Assembly: GCA_040954595.2 (NCBI GenBank)
Contig: CM082592.2
Span: 10,192,731-10,256,730 of the forward strand
Direction of reading: 5' to 3'
DNA from: Balanoglossus misakiensis
Lineage: Eukaryota > Animalia > Hemichordata
Length of the DNA: 64,000 nt
Both the position numbers and the translations under genes were made by a program. Positions 51,580-64,000 of the stretch are shown in pieces; positions within the stretch are counted from its first letter, which is position 1; every line of letters begins with the position of its first letter. The notes under the pieces were generated by a model. It had not been told where the DNA came from. It did not search any database and worked only from the letters and a program-made list of their open reading frames with translations.

Positions 51580-54500
51580 CTATTCACTCTCTGAATCTGA
51601 TATTATTCCTTTCAGATTAGCGAAAGGATTTCTCTCCCTTTCATCTTCAACATCATCATCATCTTCGTCATCATTCGTTTCATCTTCACTACTAGAGACA
51701 CGTCTTATCCTTCCCCCTCTCTTTTCAGTTGGTGGGCTCATCCCACTGCCTTTCCGTTGGTAAAGACTGAACACTTTCCTCCTGGCCCGCCCTGAGATAA
51801 AACAGAATTTTTTTAGTCACATTCTGTCTCCTGTTGAACAGAAGGTTTGCTAGTCTTCAGAATCGTCTACTGTCTGGTCATTTTCTCCTGGCCATCCCGG
51901 TATATTTCACTTTCTGTTCCTCTCAAACCATTTCCAGGATGAGGTACCCCCCACACTCACTTTCAACGACTTTGTTTTAATGTACACATCCTCTATCTCT
52001 ATCTGTGGATGATGCCAATATGTCTAACACTTGTGAAACCCAACAGACAAATCTGACCTTTTTCTGGAGTTTTGATAATATTCTCAGTGTCCAATGCCGC
52101 CAGTTCTGCATCTTCTTCCCTCTGGTTTTTCAGAGCTTTACATTTCTCAAGGGTTGGTACACCTTCCAGAAACAAGTGAACATCAAATATGAAGTGATCA
52201 ATCTATGTACTGTTGTCACTCAGCCCCATAGACCTCAAAGAATAGGACTGAGATCTATTATTATTTACAGGTGTGGTCAGGACAAAAAAGCGAAATCTAT
52301 AAGTTACCTTTAATACCAGCATCATGAAGTTCATCTAACAACATCTGTTCCTTTTGTTTCATTCTTCGACAGTTTTCAAACAATCTGATGTAATTTCTTC
52401 TCATTCCACAAGCAATGATGTACCGTTTCAATCGCTTCAACTTTTCACTGTCCTCTTGGGTACGGGTGTTTCCGGAGTCTTTCCTCTGTTTTATATTCTG
52501 TGGGAAATTCATGAACGGAGATTAAAGTAAAGTCCCATGAGCCTCACTTTCTTTTTCAGGCCCTGCAACATTTCACAATATCATAAAATCTACCCCCCCC
52601 CCCCCCAAAAAAAAAAAAAAAAAAAAACTTAACAATACCTTGGTTTTACCAACTTTTTCTCCACTACTTCTACGCCTTTTCTTTTCTGGAGTAACTTTGG
52701 TCTTCTTTTTGGGTTTGAGCACTTCATCATCAGAACTACTTTCGGTGTCACTTTTATCAGACGTCTTTTTCTTCAGTGGTTCATCCCAGCTGCTGCTATC
52801 ACTGTCCGTCTTCGACGATGTCGCTTTCTGTCTCCTCTCTGCCCGAGTTTTCGGTTCATCATCAGAACTGCTGTTATCGCTTGAGTCTTCAGTTGGACGA
52901 GATTTTTTTCTTGGTTTTGTTTGAACGTACGTCTCTTCTTCATCAGAATCTGCTTTTGATCTTGTATTGCTCTTCTTCTTCTTCTTTTTCGTGATCAGTT
53001 CCTCATCTGAGCTGTCATCGCAATTCTTGGAATTGCCACTTTCATTGGAACCACTCTCCGAGTCACTAACACTCTTCTTCATTGATGTCCTTCTTCCTTT
53101 TCTGTTTTGACCTTTCTTGGTTATCTTTACAGTACTTTGTTTTCTTCCCTTCTTCTGAGATTCAAGTTGCAGATCAGAACCACTATCAGACTTGGACTTC
53201 CTTTGTCTTTTCTTTCTGAATTCCCTGTCCTCTTTGTCGCTATCTCCATCCTCAGATGCACTACCATCATCAGCACTATCTCCTTTTTCGGATTCATTAT
53301 TACCATCAACGTCTTGCTCTGCAGAAGCCTGTCTTTTCTTTGGCAAAATTCCTTCATCAGAACAGTTCTCTGAATCTGATTCACTGTCTACTTTCACAGC
53401 TTTCTCTGGCAGTTTGTGCCTTGTTTGAGGTTCATTTTCTTCACTCATTACCTCCCCATCCTCATCTTGACCAATACTTTCATTTTCTGACTCCCTAGGC
53501 ACATTTTCATTGCCCAATTCAGACCCCTCAACTTCACCTTCATCATCTGACACCTTTGCATCTTTAACAGACCCCTCAACTTCTGCATCTTTAACAGACC
53601 CCTCAACTTCTTCATCTTCACTTCCTCCAGACCCCTCAACCAGGCTATCATTATCTGACCCCTTACCTCCATCATCTTTATCTGTATCTACATCACTTTC
53701 CTCGTCAGATGATGGAAGAACTGACCTCCTCTTTTTTGTTGTCAGTTTTTTCACAACTTTGTCAGCGCTGTACCTCTTTCGTCTGTCGGCTTTTTTCTTC
53801 TTGATTAGAGTTTCTTCCTCAGATTCTCCTACGGTAAACATAAAACAATTTGTGTCACAAACTATAAAACAATTGACATGTACATGATCAGTTAAAATTG
53901 ACAGGATTACTTTTACAGTATTGCTTCTCATGGTTTTGTACTCTCAGCCATTGTATATCAACTTACCTATACTATGCTTTACTCTTTTTTGATGTTTGAT
54001 ATTTTCTTCATCACTCTCACTGTCTATATCATTCTTCCTTCTCTTTGCATTTCTTTGTCTGCCATTCTGTTTCATATCAGGTGATGTTTTGTCTCTGCTC
54101 TCACCATTTTCTTGGGAGTGTTTTCTTTTCAGGGGTGTAGTTTTCTTCGGTGATGGTTGTCTTTGATGTTTTGTTGGGGTGCTTGATTTTTCCTGGTAAT
54201 AGTTATGGAGAAATTGAATTGTTAGTCATGATTTGGCAATAAAAATTGTTGTTTTACGGAGATTTGGGAAATCCGAACAATATTTGTGTTCACTATTATA
54301 ATAAATTGAATTTGAATACTCAATAAACTTATTACTCACTTGAAATTTCTCAATAAAGAGATTGTTCACAATATCTCTAAATATCTGTTTCTCTTCTGGC
54401 TCTAGTCGATCCTTCTCCACATGTTCAAGATATCTTCGTCGAACATCTTTTAGCGTGATAGTCCTGAATGGCAGAAAATAAATATTTGCACAATGAGTGC

Positions 54501-54969
54501 TGTACCACCACTGACCAGTCCTAGGCTTTCCCCTGGCCTAGCTACGGGTGGAGGGGGGCGTGTCTTGCAGTAGCTGTAGGCCCACCACTGGCACTCACAT
54601 GTTTGTGTGGGCAGTGGGGATCGACAGCATGTACCAATTTAGCCGCAATTTTTGTAGCGGGTGCTGCTAGGTTGAGAATGAACACAGGCTAGCAGCACCC
54701 GCTACAATCATATGCAGCTAGTAGCTAGTATCATGGAGGTACTCTCTAGTACCATGGTAGACTTTCCCGCCAAGAAAATACGAGAATCAAAACAATTCCT
54801 TCATCAATGGAATTGACCTTAACCGTTTTGTTAGTTGTATAATTAGTTGTATAATGTTTTCAATAGCTCTAGTATTATGCGATCGACTACGTAAATACAA
54901 GTACTCTTACCCTAGATCTGACGTTTTATCGAGAAGTTCACTGACGAACGATTCCATCCTTGCCGCCAT
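51580..54969 (-). CDS. HIRIP3: HIRA-interacting protein 3-like histone chaperone, 7 exons, ~701 aa
   Basis: Exons 54911-54969, 54340-54463, 53967-54192, 52639-53828, 52308-52497, 52058-52162, 51580-51791 (2106 nt). N-terminal DL.TITLKDVRRRYLEH...LEPEEKQ, a long acidic/basic low-complexity middle, LKRYIIACG, PTLEKCK, CHZ-like EEDAELAALDTENII and terminal LKGIISDSESE all match HIRIP3. Confidence 0.9.
54652..54707. repeat. Perfect 19-bp inverted repeat with 18-nt loop
   Basis: TTGTAGCGGGTGCTGCTAG (54652-54670) and CTAGCAGCACCCGCTACAA (54689-54707), in HIRIP3 intron 1. Confidence 0.85.
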
Positions 54970-56998
54970 GTTGAAAACAAATGAAGGTAAAGAGGCGTGG
55001 TTGGGGGCGGGCTTTATATGGAAAGATCGGTTGCTATGGGTTGCTATGCATCCTTGGCGGCCATTGATGAGAGAATTTAAAAAAGGTTTATTTAGAAAAT
55101 TGTGACCTAGACAGAAATGTTTACTGTGCTAACCAGCCTGCGTACTCATCCCTATTCACTGTTCAAAATGCTGAGTAAATACCTGCGTGACTTGTGAGAG
55201 AAAGCTGGTGAAATCATGTTACTGACATTCCCAAGTTATCCACCATTCTGTCTGATTGATTGATCCACACACACAAGCATTTTCTGAACAGTGTTAACTT
55301 TATTTCACAGAAGAATAATTCCACAATAGGTACAGAAAATAAAATCAGACAAAATTTTAAGAACAAGAAACTTTGAAATGCACGCTACTGCATGTAAGAA
55401 ATGACATTGTTTAGTCTGGCTACGCAGAACATCAAATATTGTAGTAAATGTATTTAAGTAATGGCTCACAAATGTTCACATGCACTGGAGTTAAAATCAG
55501 GCTGTGGCATCAATGTTTTTATAAAAAGTTCTACAATGTACTTTGGCATTAATTGTATCTCATATCATCTTACATTATACCATATCACAGACAATGTACA
55601 AACACTGATATGCGAGTAAAATTTCTTCCCAAACAGTAAATGAAAACATTCCCCTTGTCACTGGTGTCATGAATACTTGACTGTTAATTCATGGATTTAG
55701 AAAAAAAGAAAGATATGAAATCATATAAAAATGGACAACTTTGCACAAACACATTTCAACAAATTGACTACACCTACCAGAGGTTGATTGAAAACATTTC
55801 AACATACAATGAATGTAAATCAAACATTTTGGCAGTTTCATTTCACCAATCTCCCATTTCTTTTCAATTTGCAAATATTCCCTGTTTGGGTCATTTTGGA
55901 TTTGTGGCTTCAAAATTTAAAGAAATATACTTTGAAATGATAAGGTACATTGATGAAATAAAATGTGATTGCAACAATATGATTGAAGCATGCAACATTG
56001 TTTCTGTGATATATCTGTCTTAGAAACTAAATGTAGAAAGTACAATGGGTAAGCCTCGATTGTCAGTCTTTGATGATCAGAAAGCAACACGTATCTAAAC
56101 AACCCCTGTTGTTATAAAATCTTTAAGAAAGTCTTAATGATTAAAAGACTTGTTAGCTGCAAATAAAACAAATCAGACAATAGTCTATGGGCTTATTGTG
56201 AGTTAGTGAATGGTTGAAATCTTATTAACAGGAAAAAAGAAATAAAAAGTCAAAATATTTGTTCCCACTGGCACTATCATGGTAGATATACCTTTAATAT
56301 CAGGATATATTCTCACCAAAATAAAAGAAAACAGATAATACTGTAAAATATGTCATTTTTACAAACCAAATTGAATGTCACAGGATATTTGACTGTGAAA
56401 AGCTAGACATACAGCTTGTTACTGCATTTCTCACTAATTCAAATATGTGTATTTCTCGACTACATTTTAGAAATTCTTACAATTCAAGACAATTTTACAT
56501 ACTGTCTTCAAAGTGACACACCATCAAGTGACAAAAAAATACTTCATCAGACTTCAACGAAACCTGAAATCAGTAATTCCCAGTTGCAGCTTCATTCATT
56601 TTGAATAAGGCTCAGACGACTCATGTTTGTTAAGATCATCAAAAAAGGGACCTTTAAATATAGTACACACCTCTAACATCCTGTACATAGTGTAATCTAA
56701 ACATTGATATCTAAACTATATCAAAGGATTCCAAACAGACATTTCAAGTCGAACTTGACACTGAAAGGCCCAAATACACAGTTTGGAGACCAAAGACGTA
56801 TCTGTATAAGTACCTGACATCAAATGGACACATATTCTCATTAACATATTTTCAGTTTCTCTTTGGTTAATACAAGACTGTTGTATTTTGTTTGTTTGCT
56901 TTTTTTCTCAAAAAGTGTCCCTTTATCGAAATAAATAGGTATAAAAATTACACGGTACTCTTCCCGAACTGTACAAAAATGGGAGCGAGTATCGTGGT

Positions 56999-58762
56999 TC
57001 ATCCTCTTAGTGGCGTTCCCTTCAGACTTCCTGCCATGTAATCATCAACAAATTGCTTGACTGTCTCTGGCGTGATGTCCTCTCCGTCATAGATGTACAG
57101 GAATTGTTCCGGAATATCGAGGATGGTAAGCAAAGGTACTTTGTCATCCAAAGCGCAGAAATCCCGGATTGAGTCTACGATTTCATCCTGAAACAAAACC
57201 ATGGATAAGATATTGAAAATAACCTATTGTACACTATTGTACACCTGATTATATAAATGATCTAAAATTACAGATTTTCTGCAATCCCTCCTTTATAGAA
57301 TCTAGTATGTACTTACGTCACCACCGATGAAAAACAACAATGGTGGATCTTCACCGCTATCTTTATACTTGTTGCAGATTTCCTCAGCCACGGGTTGAAT
57401 GATGTCAGTAGCAGCTAAGATATCAGCCTCTTCCCCTTCTGTAAGATAGTGGTTCATCAAAAGAGTTGATATACAGCAGTACTACATGTATATCCTCGAG
57501 TACGGACACAGTGTGGTTTAACCATTGAACAGCATAGAGCAAAACAACAACTATGTGTCCATTGGAGTATTGGAGTACATGTACATTGAGTGTGGGTAGG
57601 TATATATTCTGTGCTTACCTGTAAAGAGAATCAAACACGATTCATCATTCAGAACACTTGCTGCATGTCCAGTCAGGTTGTTTACAGGTTTAGGATACCA
57701 TGGAAACTCCTAGTAAACAAATATCAAGAAATGCAATTAAACATGGCATAAAACTCATTGTAGTTGATACACAGAAATCTATAGACGTCCATAGAAATTC
57801 TATAAACTTCTATAGAAATTCAATAGGCTAAGGAATGCTATAGATGTTTATAGAATGTTTTTGTTTACCTTTCCATCAGGATCAATAGCCACTGCAGTTC
57901 TGCCATCTTTGGTTATTACCTCACCGTGTTCATTTATAACAACAAGTGACGGAATGCCTGTCAATAAAAATGTAGCATGTCAACAGTGATGTTATACCCA
58001 CTTAAGTGGCAAAATTAACCCATAAAACGTCAGCAAAAGAGACTTACCACTAACTTGGAAGAGTTTGGATAATTGTTTTATTCTTGGATCTCCGTACGGC
58101 ACTGCTAACCACGGCATTGTGCTGAAATATTGGTCGAACGACTCCTCACTTCGATCCGAGCTGTTGAAGATCACTTCGACTTCTTTATTTTCATCTTTCA
58201 ATTTCTTATAAATTTCAGCTAAAACTGGAGTGAAAGCCTTGCATGGAGGGCACTGAAAAAGAACCAAAGAATATGTAATGTTCTCTCTGATGCTGCCTGC
58301 ATGCAATATGATCAACCCTCAAAGCATTCTACGTCAACTAGAGAGTTGGAGATATTTTTTATTGAACTTACCCAGTTTGCTGAAAAGTAAATGCATAGGT
58401 ATTTCCCCTTTAAGGATTCTAATGATATCTCTTCTTTCTTATTGTTTATAAATTTGGTTCCAATGACCTCTGTAGAAGAAAGAAACAAGTAGAGTGTAGA
58501 AGATTGGATAATTGCAGATTATCTACTGCTGAAAACACAAGAGGATGCCAAAAACTGGTCCAAATGATGCAATTCAATGCTGGTACAATAGAGTACATCA
58601 TAACGTACCATTGAAAGGCTTTGGATGCCACGGAAATTCTTTGGCTTCAGGATCTTCTGTGATACACGATCTTCCATCTTCTGTTATCGTTTTCCCTGTC
58701 ACACTGTCGACTATTATGAATGTTGGGATTCCACGGATTTTAAACTTCTTTGAGAGTTTTTC
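56999..58762 (-). CDS. NXN: Nucleoredoxin (5'-partial; first exon(s) not found in window)
   Basis: Exons 58609-58762, 58372-58469, 58048-58252, 57869-57957, 57619-57709, 57317-57438, 56999-57187 (948 nt, in phase). Active site YFSANW|CPPC, plus SSDRSEESF...MPWLAVPY, GIPSLV, FPWxPKP and LLTILDIP. 58763-64000 is presumably a long upstream intron. Confidence 0.93.
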
Positions 58763-61700
58763 CTGGAAATGAGAAAGAACAAAAATATCACAGTTTAGAG
58801 AAATATCCAGTTCTCTGGTGTATTAAACAATAGAATTTTTGTATAATAACGCTTTTCGTTTCGTTTCATACAAGACTGCCCTCTATCATCATGTGTATGC
58901 CGCTTGCCCTACAGTGCCATCTGGTGGCAAGCTTTCTCTAACAAGAAGTCAACGGCTTGTCTGCATTGTCATGGATATTTAGAATGGTGACCTTTGACCA
59001 CTGTCATAGATACCGTTGGCAAACCTACAGATCTACTCAGAAATAGATACTGCACATAGATGAAGAAATGAAAAATAAACTAGAAATGGCTGGGCAATGT
59101 CCGATACGTTAATAAACAAACTAGGTGTAAAACAACGAAAATATATGCTATTCGACAAAAGACTTGGAGGACTTGTAGGGTGATTGATTGAGTGAGTGAT
59201 GATTCATGGGACAGTCAAATGATTTCATTGCCATTACACAGAATGCCTTTACCGACTGCCACGTATGACTCATAAAAAGAACACATAATGGTGACATTAC
59301 CGACAGTGTAATTCAGCTTTCATGAAAAGTATAAACTGTATCAAGAATCTATTTAGTTTTGACTGAAACAATTAAAATGAAATCAGTTACAATGGCAATT
59401 TCTGGATGAATTTTTTTTTACCTAATTCATGTTCAAGTCCCAATATGTCATTTAATGAAAATCTTATTTTTTTTTTTTTTACATTTGCATTTTTATAATT
59501 TCTACTGAGGTTACATATACAGTCTATTGTCTTGTCATTAGTTTGACTGAACAAGTTCACTCATCCAGATTGACTGGATATGATACATGGTTTCTCATTT
59601 CTTGGCCCTGTGGGCACTGACTGATACGACAGTAATAGAACCACAGACAAAGATTTCATGTTTCCATGTGATGAGCTTCATTGCCTTTTAATTATCTGGT
59701 ATATATAGCTTCCACGTGAAATACTTCCTTTTGCAAAAATAAACAGGACAACAAAATATCACAAGAAAGATAATTGTTTGCGGAGTGATGTTGAGGAATC
59801 CCATTATGTGTGGCTAAACAGGAACACATTTTGTCTTCCTGTAGGTACAGACACTTCATCCATAGACAAAACTACTAGTAACCTCTTATTTGTAGTCTGA
59901 GTGCATACGTTCCATATCAACATCACATTAAAAATGATGTGGACTGGGATGCCTGAGTGAATTTGGAAAATGACTTGTTTTATTTTCCATCTTCTCGGCC
60001 AGAATACAGCCACACTAATAAAATGTATCTATCTATTAATTTTTAATGATAATGCATTGCCAATTCCGTTTTTTCTCCCTTTGTCCAATCTTCATAAACT
60101 TTTTATTGTTTCCATAAATGTTAGAACTCTTTGTGACTTTTATCAGGCATAAAATTGAGTGCTTGGGTGCATTTAAACTGAGCAATATCTCTAAAATTTG
60201 GCGATAAAAGCTTGATTACGACTGTACCTAATGGCTGGCATTAGATCCCGTTGCCGTGGTTACCACAAAGGTTAATGACCTGTTTAATTTCACTTCTATT
60301 ACCTGGGAGAAGGCTGTGATATGGTAGCAAAGGTTGGCAAATTAACAAGGTACCTATTCCTGGTGATTTCAGGATTCCAATTACTCGACAGTCATTAATT
60401 CAATTGAAAGGAAGTTCCTTTTTTTTACTGGATGGAAGGCTCTAATTTGGTTGTAAGAACTGATTGGGGGTAAATTACAACATTCAAGTCACGAGTTTTC
60501 GTAATAACTAAACTAACATTATACACTTTCACATTCAGTTTTGCTGCATTTCTTGGTGATGGACCATATCATGGCAGCCATAGCCTTGTCACCTTTCCAC
60601 CCAACGCTGGAGAATGGTTTGAATTATTTTGAGTCATCCTGATGCAGAGAATTTCATTGCTGAGGGGTACTGCTGAATAATCTCATAAGACATTGAATGG
60701 ATACTACATTCAGGGATGCAACAAGGTTTGAAGTTTTACTGTAAATATTGCCATGACCAACACAATTCTCTGACCCGCCAAATGAAAATTATAACACAGA
60801 CCAACACTTTGACAGTAGTTTTCAAAAGCCAGTGTCATGTCACATACTACAGTGTCATGCAAGGGTTAATACTGTGGTTCAGTTGACCTACATACTGACT
60901 GTTACGCACACATGTCTCAATAACCAGTGGTGATTATTTTTGTCTTTTAATAACTATTCTGATTTGACAGATTAAGAACCAAAGCTGCAAAAGTTAATTA
61001 GCAGTGGGTTCACACAGCTGTGCGTCTCCTTTGTTGGTTGGCACAAAACTCTCCATGGTGGCCGCAGTAATTGGGCGCTATGGTAACCACTATTCAGGGT
61101 CAGTGTGCTTTATGAAAGCATTACTCCGATAAACTTTCTTCCACAGATGTGGAATGCTAATGACTATCCAGACGGATAGCCTGGATGAGGACAGTGTGGA
61201 TGTTTTCTGTCTGTTTATACACGGAGTGGCTGTATTGCTTTCTACTTGAAAGAATTCAATGCCTGTCAGTGATAGCAGAAAGCTCCCTCCCACTAATTTG
61301 TGTCATGATCATTATCTTTATCAAAACTGGGGGTGAAAGGGTTAAAATTGCCTGTTTGACTATTACTACTTCAAGCAAGTGCTGGTACTCTGTATTATCT
61401 AATCATGCAGCTGTTTATGGCCCAAGTTTGTTAGACTTATAATTCTACAGACAAATAAACATGGTGACTCCATGTACACAGCCAAACCACTATGTCATTA
61501 TCATTCAAGTGTCAAGCACTTGATACAGAACTTGTCATCAGTTTTATTGGTGGCACAGGGGTATTACATAAGAAATTGGCTTCCTGACATGTTAGTTGTT
61601 GTTTTAGTCTTTAAGATGTTGCCACAAGTTTTAATGTTTCCGGCTATTAACAGGGCAAACTTATGGACAAAGCAATAAACGCAATCTAGCAATTAACCAA

Positions 61701-64000
61701 TTAATTTATTGTCTAGCATATATTGCCCCACAACTCCCCTTGTTAAGGGGTATTGTAATTTGAAATGGCCATTATGCCCATAGTCATCCATGGCAACTTC
61801 CAACTGGGTTCATACACTGCACTGCATCACACCAATCATCTCTCTAGTACCTCCATGCACCAATCAACTAAATCCAATTGACAACTATTCAATTAGAAGG
61901 CAATCTTGAATTCATGTCATGTCACTGTATCTAGATTTGTCAAATTGAAATGCCTGTACGCTTATTTAGACTGCCCAGCGTAGGACTAATAATGACACAC
62001 ACGTCAATGAATGGACTTCTACACACACAACACAGTGACACCAATCTAAGCGGACACTGTTTTGTGTAACGAAGGCTGGCTTTTGTACCAGTGAACTCAT
62101 AAAACCAGCTCTCAGACAATAAAGGTGCATAAATTGCAGCTGAGAGCTAGCTGTTGGACAAATTGCAAATCTGTCGGTTGAAAACGACAACTCGAATCAA
62201 CCAACAGACAAAGTGCAGACAGGCACCTGAAATTCATCACATTTAATAGCATATTTATCCCTGAAAGTGGTACACTGTTCTGTGTCTGACACAAATCAGA
62301 GAACAAAATGTTGGTCACACAGGCCTATTTTTACGTTCATGAGGTCAAAGTTGACTGGCCAGAATGCATAGCATACAATAACTCATAAGTCATCATGCTA
62401 AGGTTAATTGCCAGGACACATACATGTACCTGTCAGATTTTTCAATGATGGTGCACAGCCCCAGTTGCAAAACAGTTGCCATGTATTACCTACCAGCCTG
62501 AGTCTACATCAACTGTTGATGTATCACCATGACCAAATATACTGAACCTGATGGTGCCTATACAACTGCATATCTGAAATACTTCATCTGCCATGATATG
62601 ACTGCTTGTGGTTGTTACCAATCACAGCCCAGTACTAACGTTACCGATCAATGTCATTACACAAAAGTATTTTCAGCGATAATGTCAGGCTTAATTTATT
62701 AAACGCCAATTAGCCTGGTTGTTGAGGTGAAGAACTGGAAAAACACTTGAACTTGTGCTTCAAAAGCCTGGTTGTTCACTTGCATTAAAGAAAACATGAT
62801 ATGTGACTGATGTTGGTGCCTCAGATTAAAACAAGTAAAGAAAATGGTTTCATAATGTTGCTGATGGTGTTTAGAAATCCTAGTGCTGAGGACTACAGGG
62901 GTAACTACCCTAGGGTACTACCGGGAACTGGTATGCAATAGAGGTCAGAGGTTAGGTTTGGAAATGCCACAAGGAATATGCAGAAGTTGCTAAACACCAA
63001 ATGGTTTCCTTTGCTATTTTGAAAACATGGTTACTTCGTATTTTCTCTAGAATCCATTTGGCTTCCCATTCTGCTTTCCACAATCATTCACAGAATCTTC
63101 TTACAGTACTACATGGTTGAATATAGTCTACCAAAATACAGATCTCATATTGAAATTATCCAGATTCCATCAAATATGGCTTCAAACCTGGTGTACTGAC
63201 CTACGCAATCCTATAATCCAATACGGGCATGGAAATTCAATTTCACAAACGTAACAGATGCGAAAATTAATTTGCAAGTTAAAATTGGAAGACGGAATAA
63301 AGGAAAGCCGGATTCAATGCAGTGAAGTGGGAACCGACTATTGCAGTTTAATTGGTGCTGAAAAATTCATGCATGTCGCTGCTGATGAAAGCAAATTTCC
63401 AGGTTTTTTATTTTCACAGGCCCTTCAGTATACATGCTGCAAATCTACACACATCATCAGACATGCCACAAAACACTCTGAATGACTTCCAATAAAATTC
63501 AAATCATAAATAATTGATTCACAGCATCATGCAAGACGGTCTTATAAAAGGGATGACAAATACATGCACCTGTGTGTCGGCTGATGAACACAAAGAAAGG
63601 TACTAGATTCCACATGAGTCATTCATTACATACTTTTACATTGACTTGTCTGTGTGTATACTCTAATTGTAGACTCTGCGAGTATATTCTCGTCAATTGG
63701 CTGTCCTTGCCTACAGAATTGCCAGTCTCTATTTTATTTCCAATTACAGTTATGTCCAGTTTGAAGCAATGTCATCAATAAACAGGAAATGTTTCACAAC
63801 CATATGAATAATGGACAGTCCATATCGAGGTCCATCCTCTTAGTGTCCAGACTGAAGATGCTGCTAGTCACTGCTAATAGTGTGAACTTTGACCTACAGT
63901 GAGTGTGCACAGTGCTTTGTGTATAAATCCAAATGTAGGCTACACCCCTCATATGGACCAAAACACTATCAGGTCTAATAGGGTCACTGATCAGAAGACT

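Noticed and set aside
53521-53640. Short direct repeats (GACCCCTCAAC)
   Set aside because: They are explained as EVEGS(VKDA) low-complexity repeats within the HIRIP3 coding exon.
57770-57860. Degenerate CTATAG-rich repeats in an NXN intron
   Set aside because: Too short and irregular to assign; probably a low-complexity TE remnant.
58763-64000. Short ORFs and a GGGGTGAAAGGGTTAA piggyBac-like end near 61330
   Set aside because: There is no homology signal and no matching second terminus; the region is most simply a long NXN intron.

Overview
This is intron-rich eukaryotic (animal) genomic DNA, AT-rich, most consistent with an invertebrate deuterostome or other marine bilaterian (inferred from gene content; not verified). 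It opens with a highly homogeneous 87-bp tandem satellite (~47 copies, 1-~4200) that ends in a 121-bp fold-back palindrome. Protein-coding genes follow, with exons assembled by hand from GT-AG sites and phase checks: spinster/SPNS1 (-), an unusual ~1341-aa Kelch/BTB gene (+), ANKRD13 (-), an intronless aminergic GPCR (+), a two-exon adenosine receptor (+), an intronless cytosolic sulfotransferase (-), HIRIP3 (-) and the 3' part of nucleoredoxin (-). There is also a Tc2/pogo-type MITE and an L2/CR1 LINE remnant. The most striking item is the Kelch gene: four separate ORFs in the track splice in frame into one circularly permuted tandem protein (partial BACK-Kelch-BTB-BACK-Kelch-BTB). It could act as a single-chain pseudo-heterodimeric CUL3 adaptor with two different substrate propellers. 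All gene models are predictions without transcript evidence.
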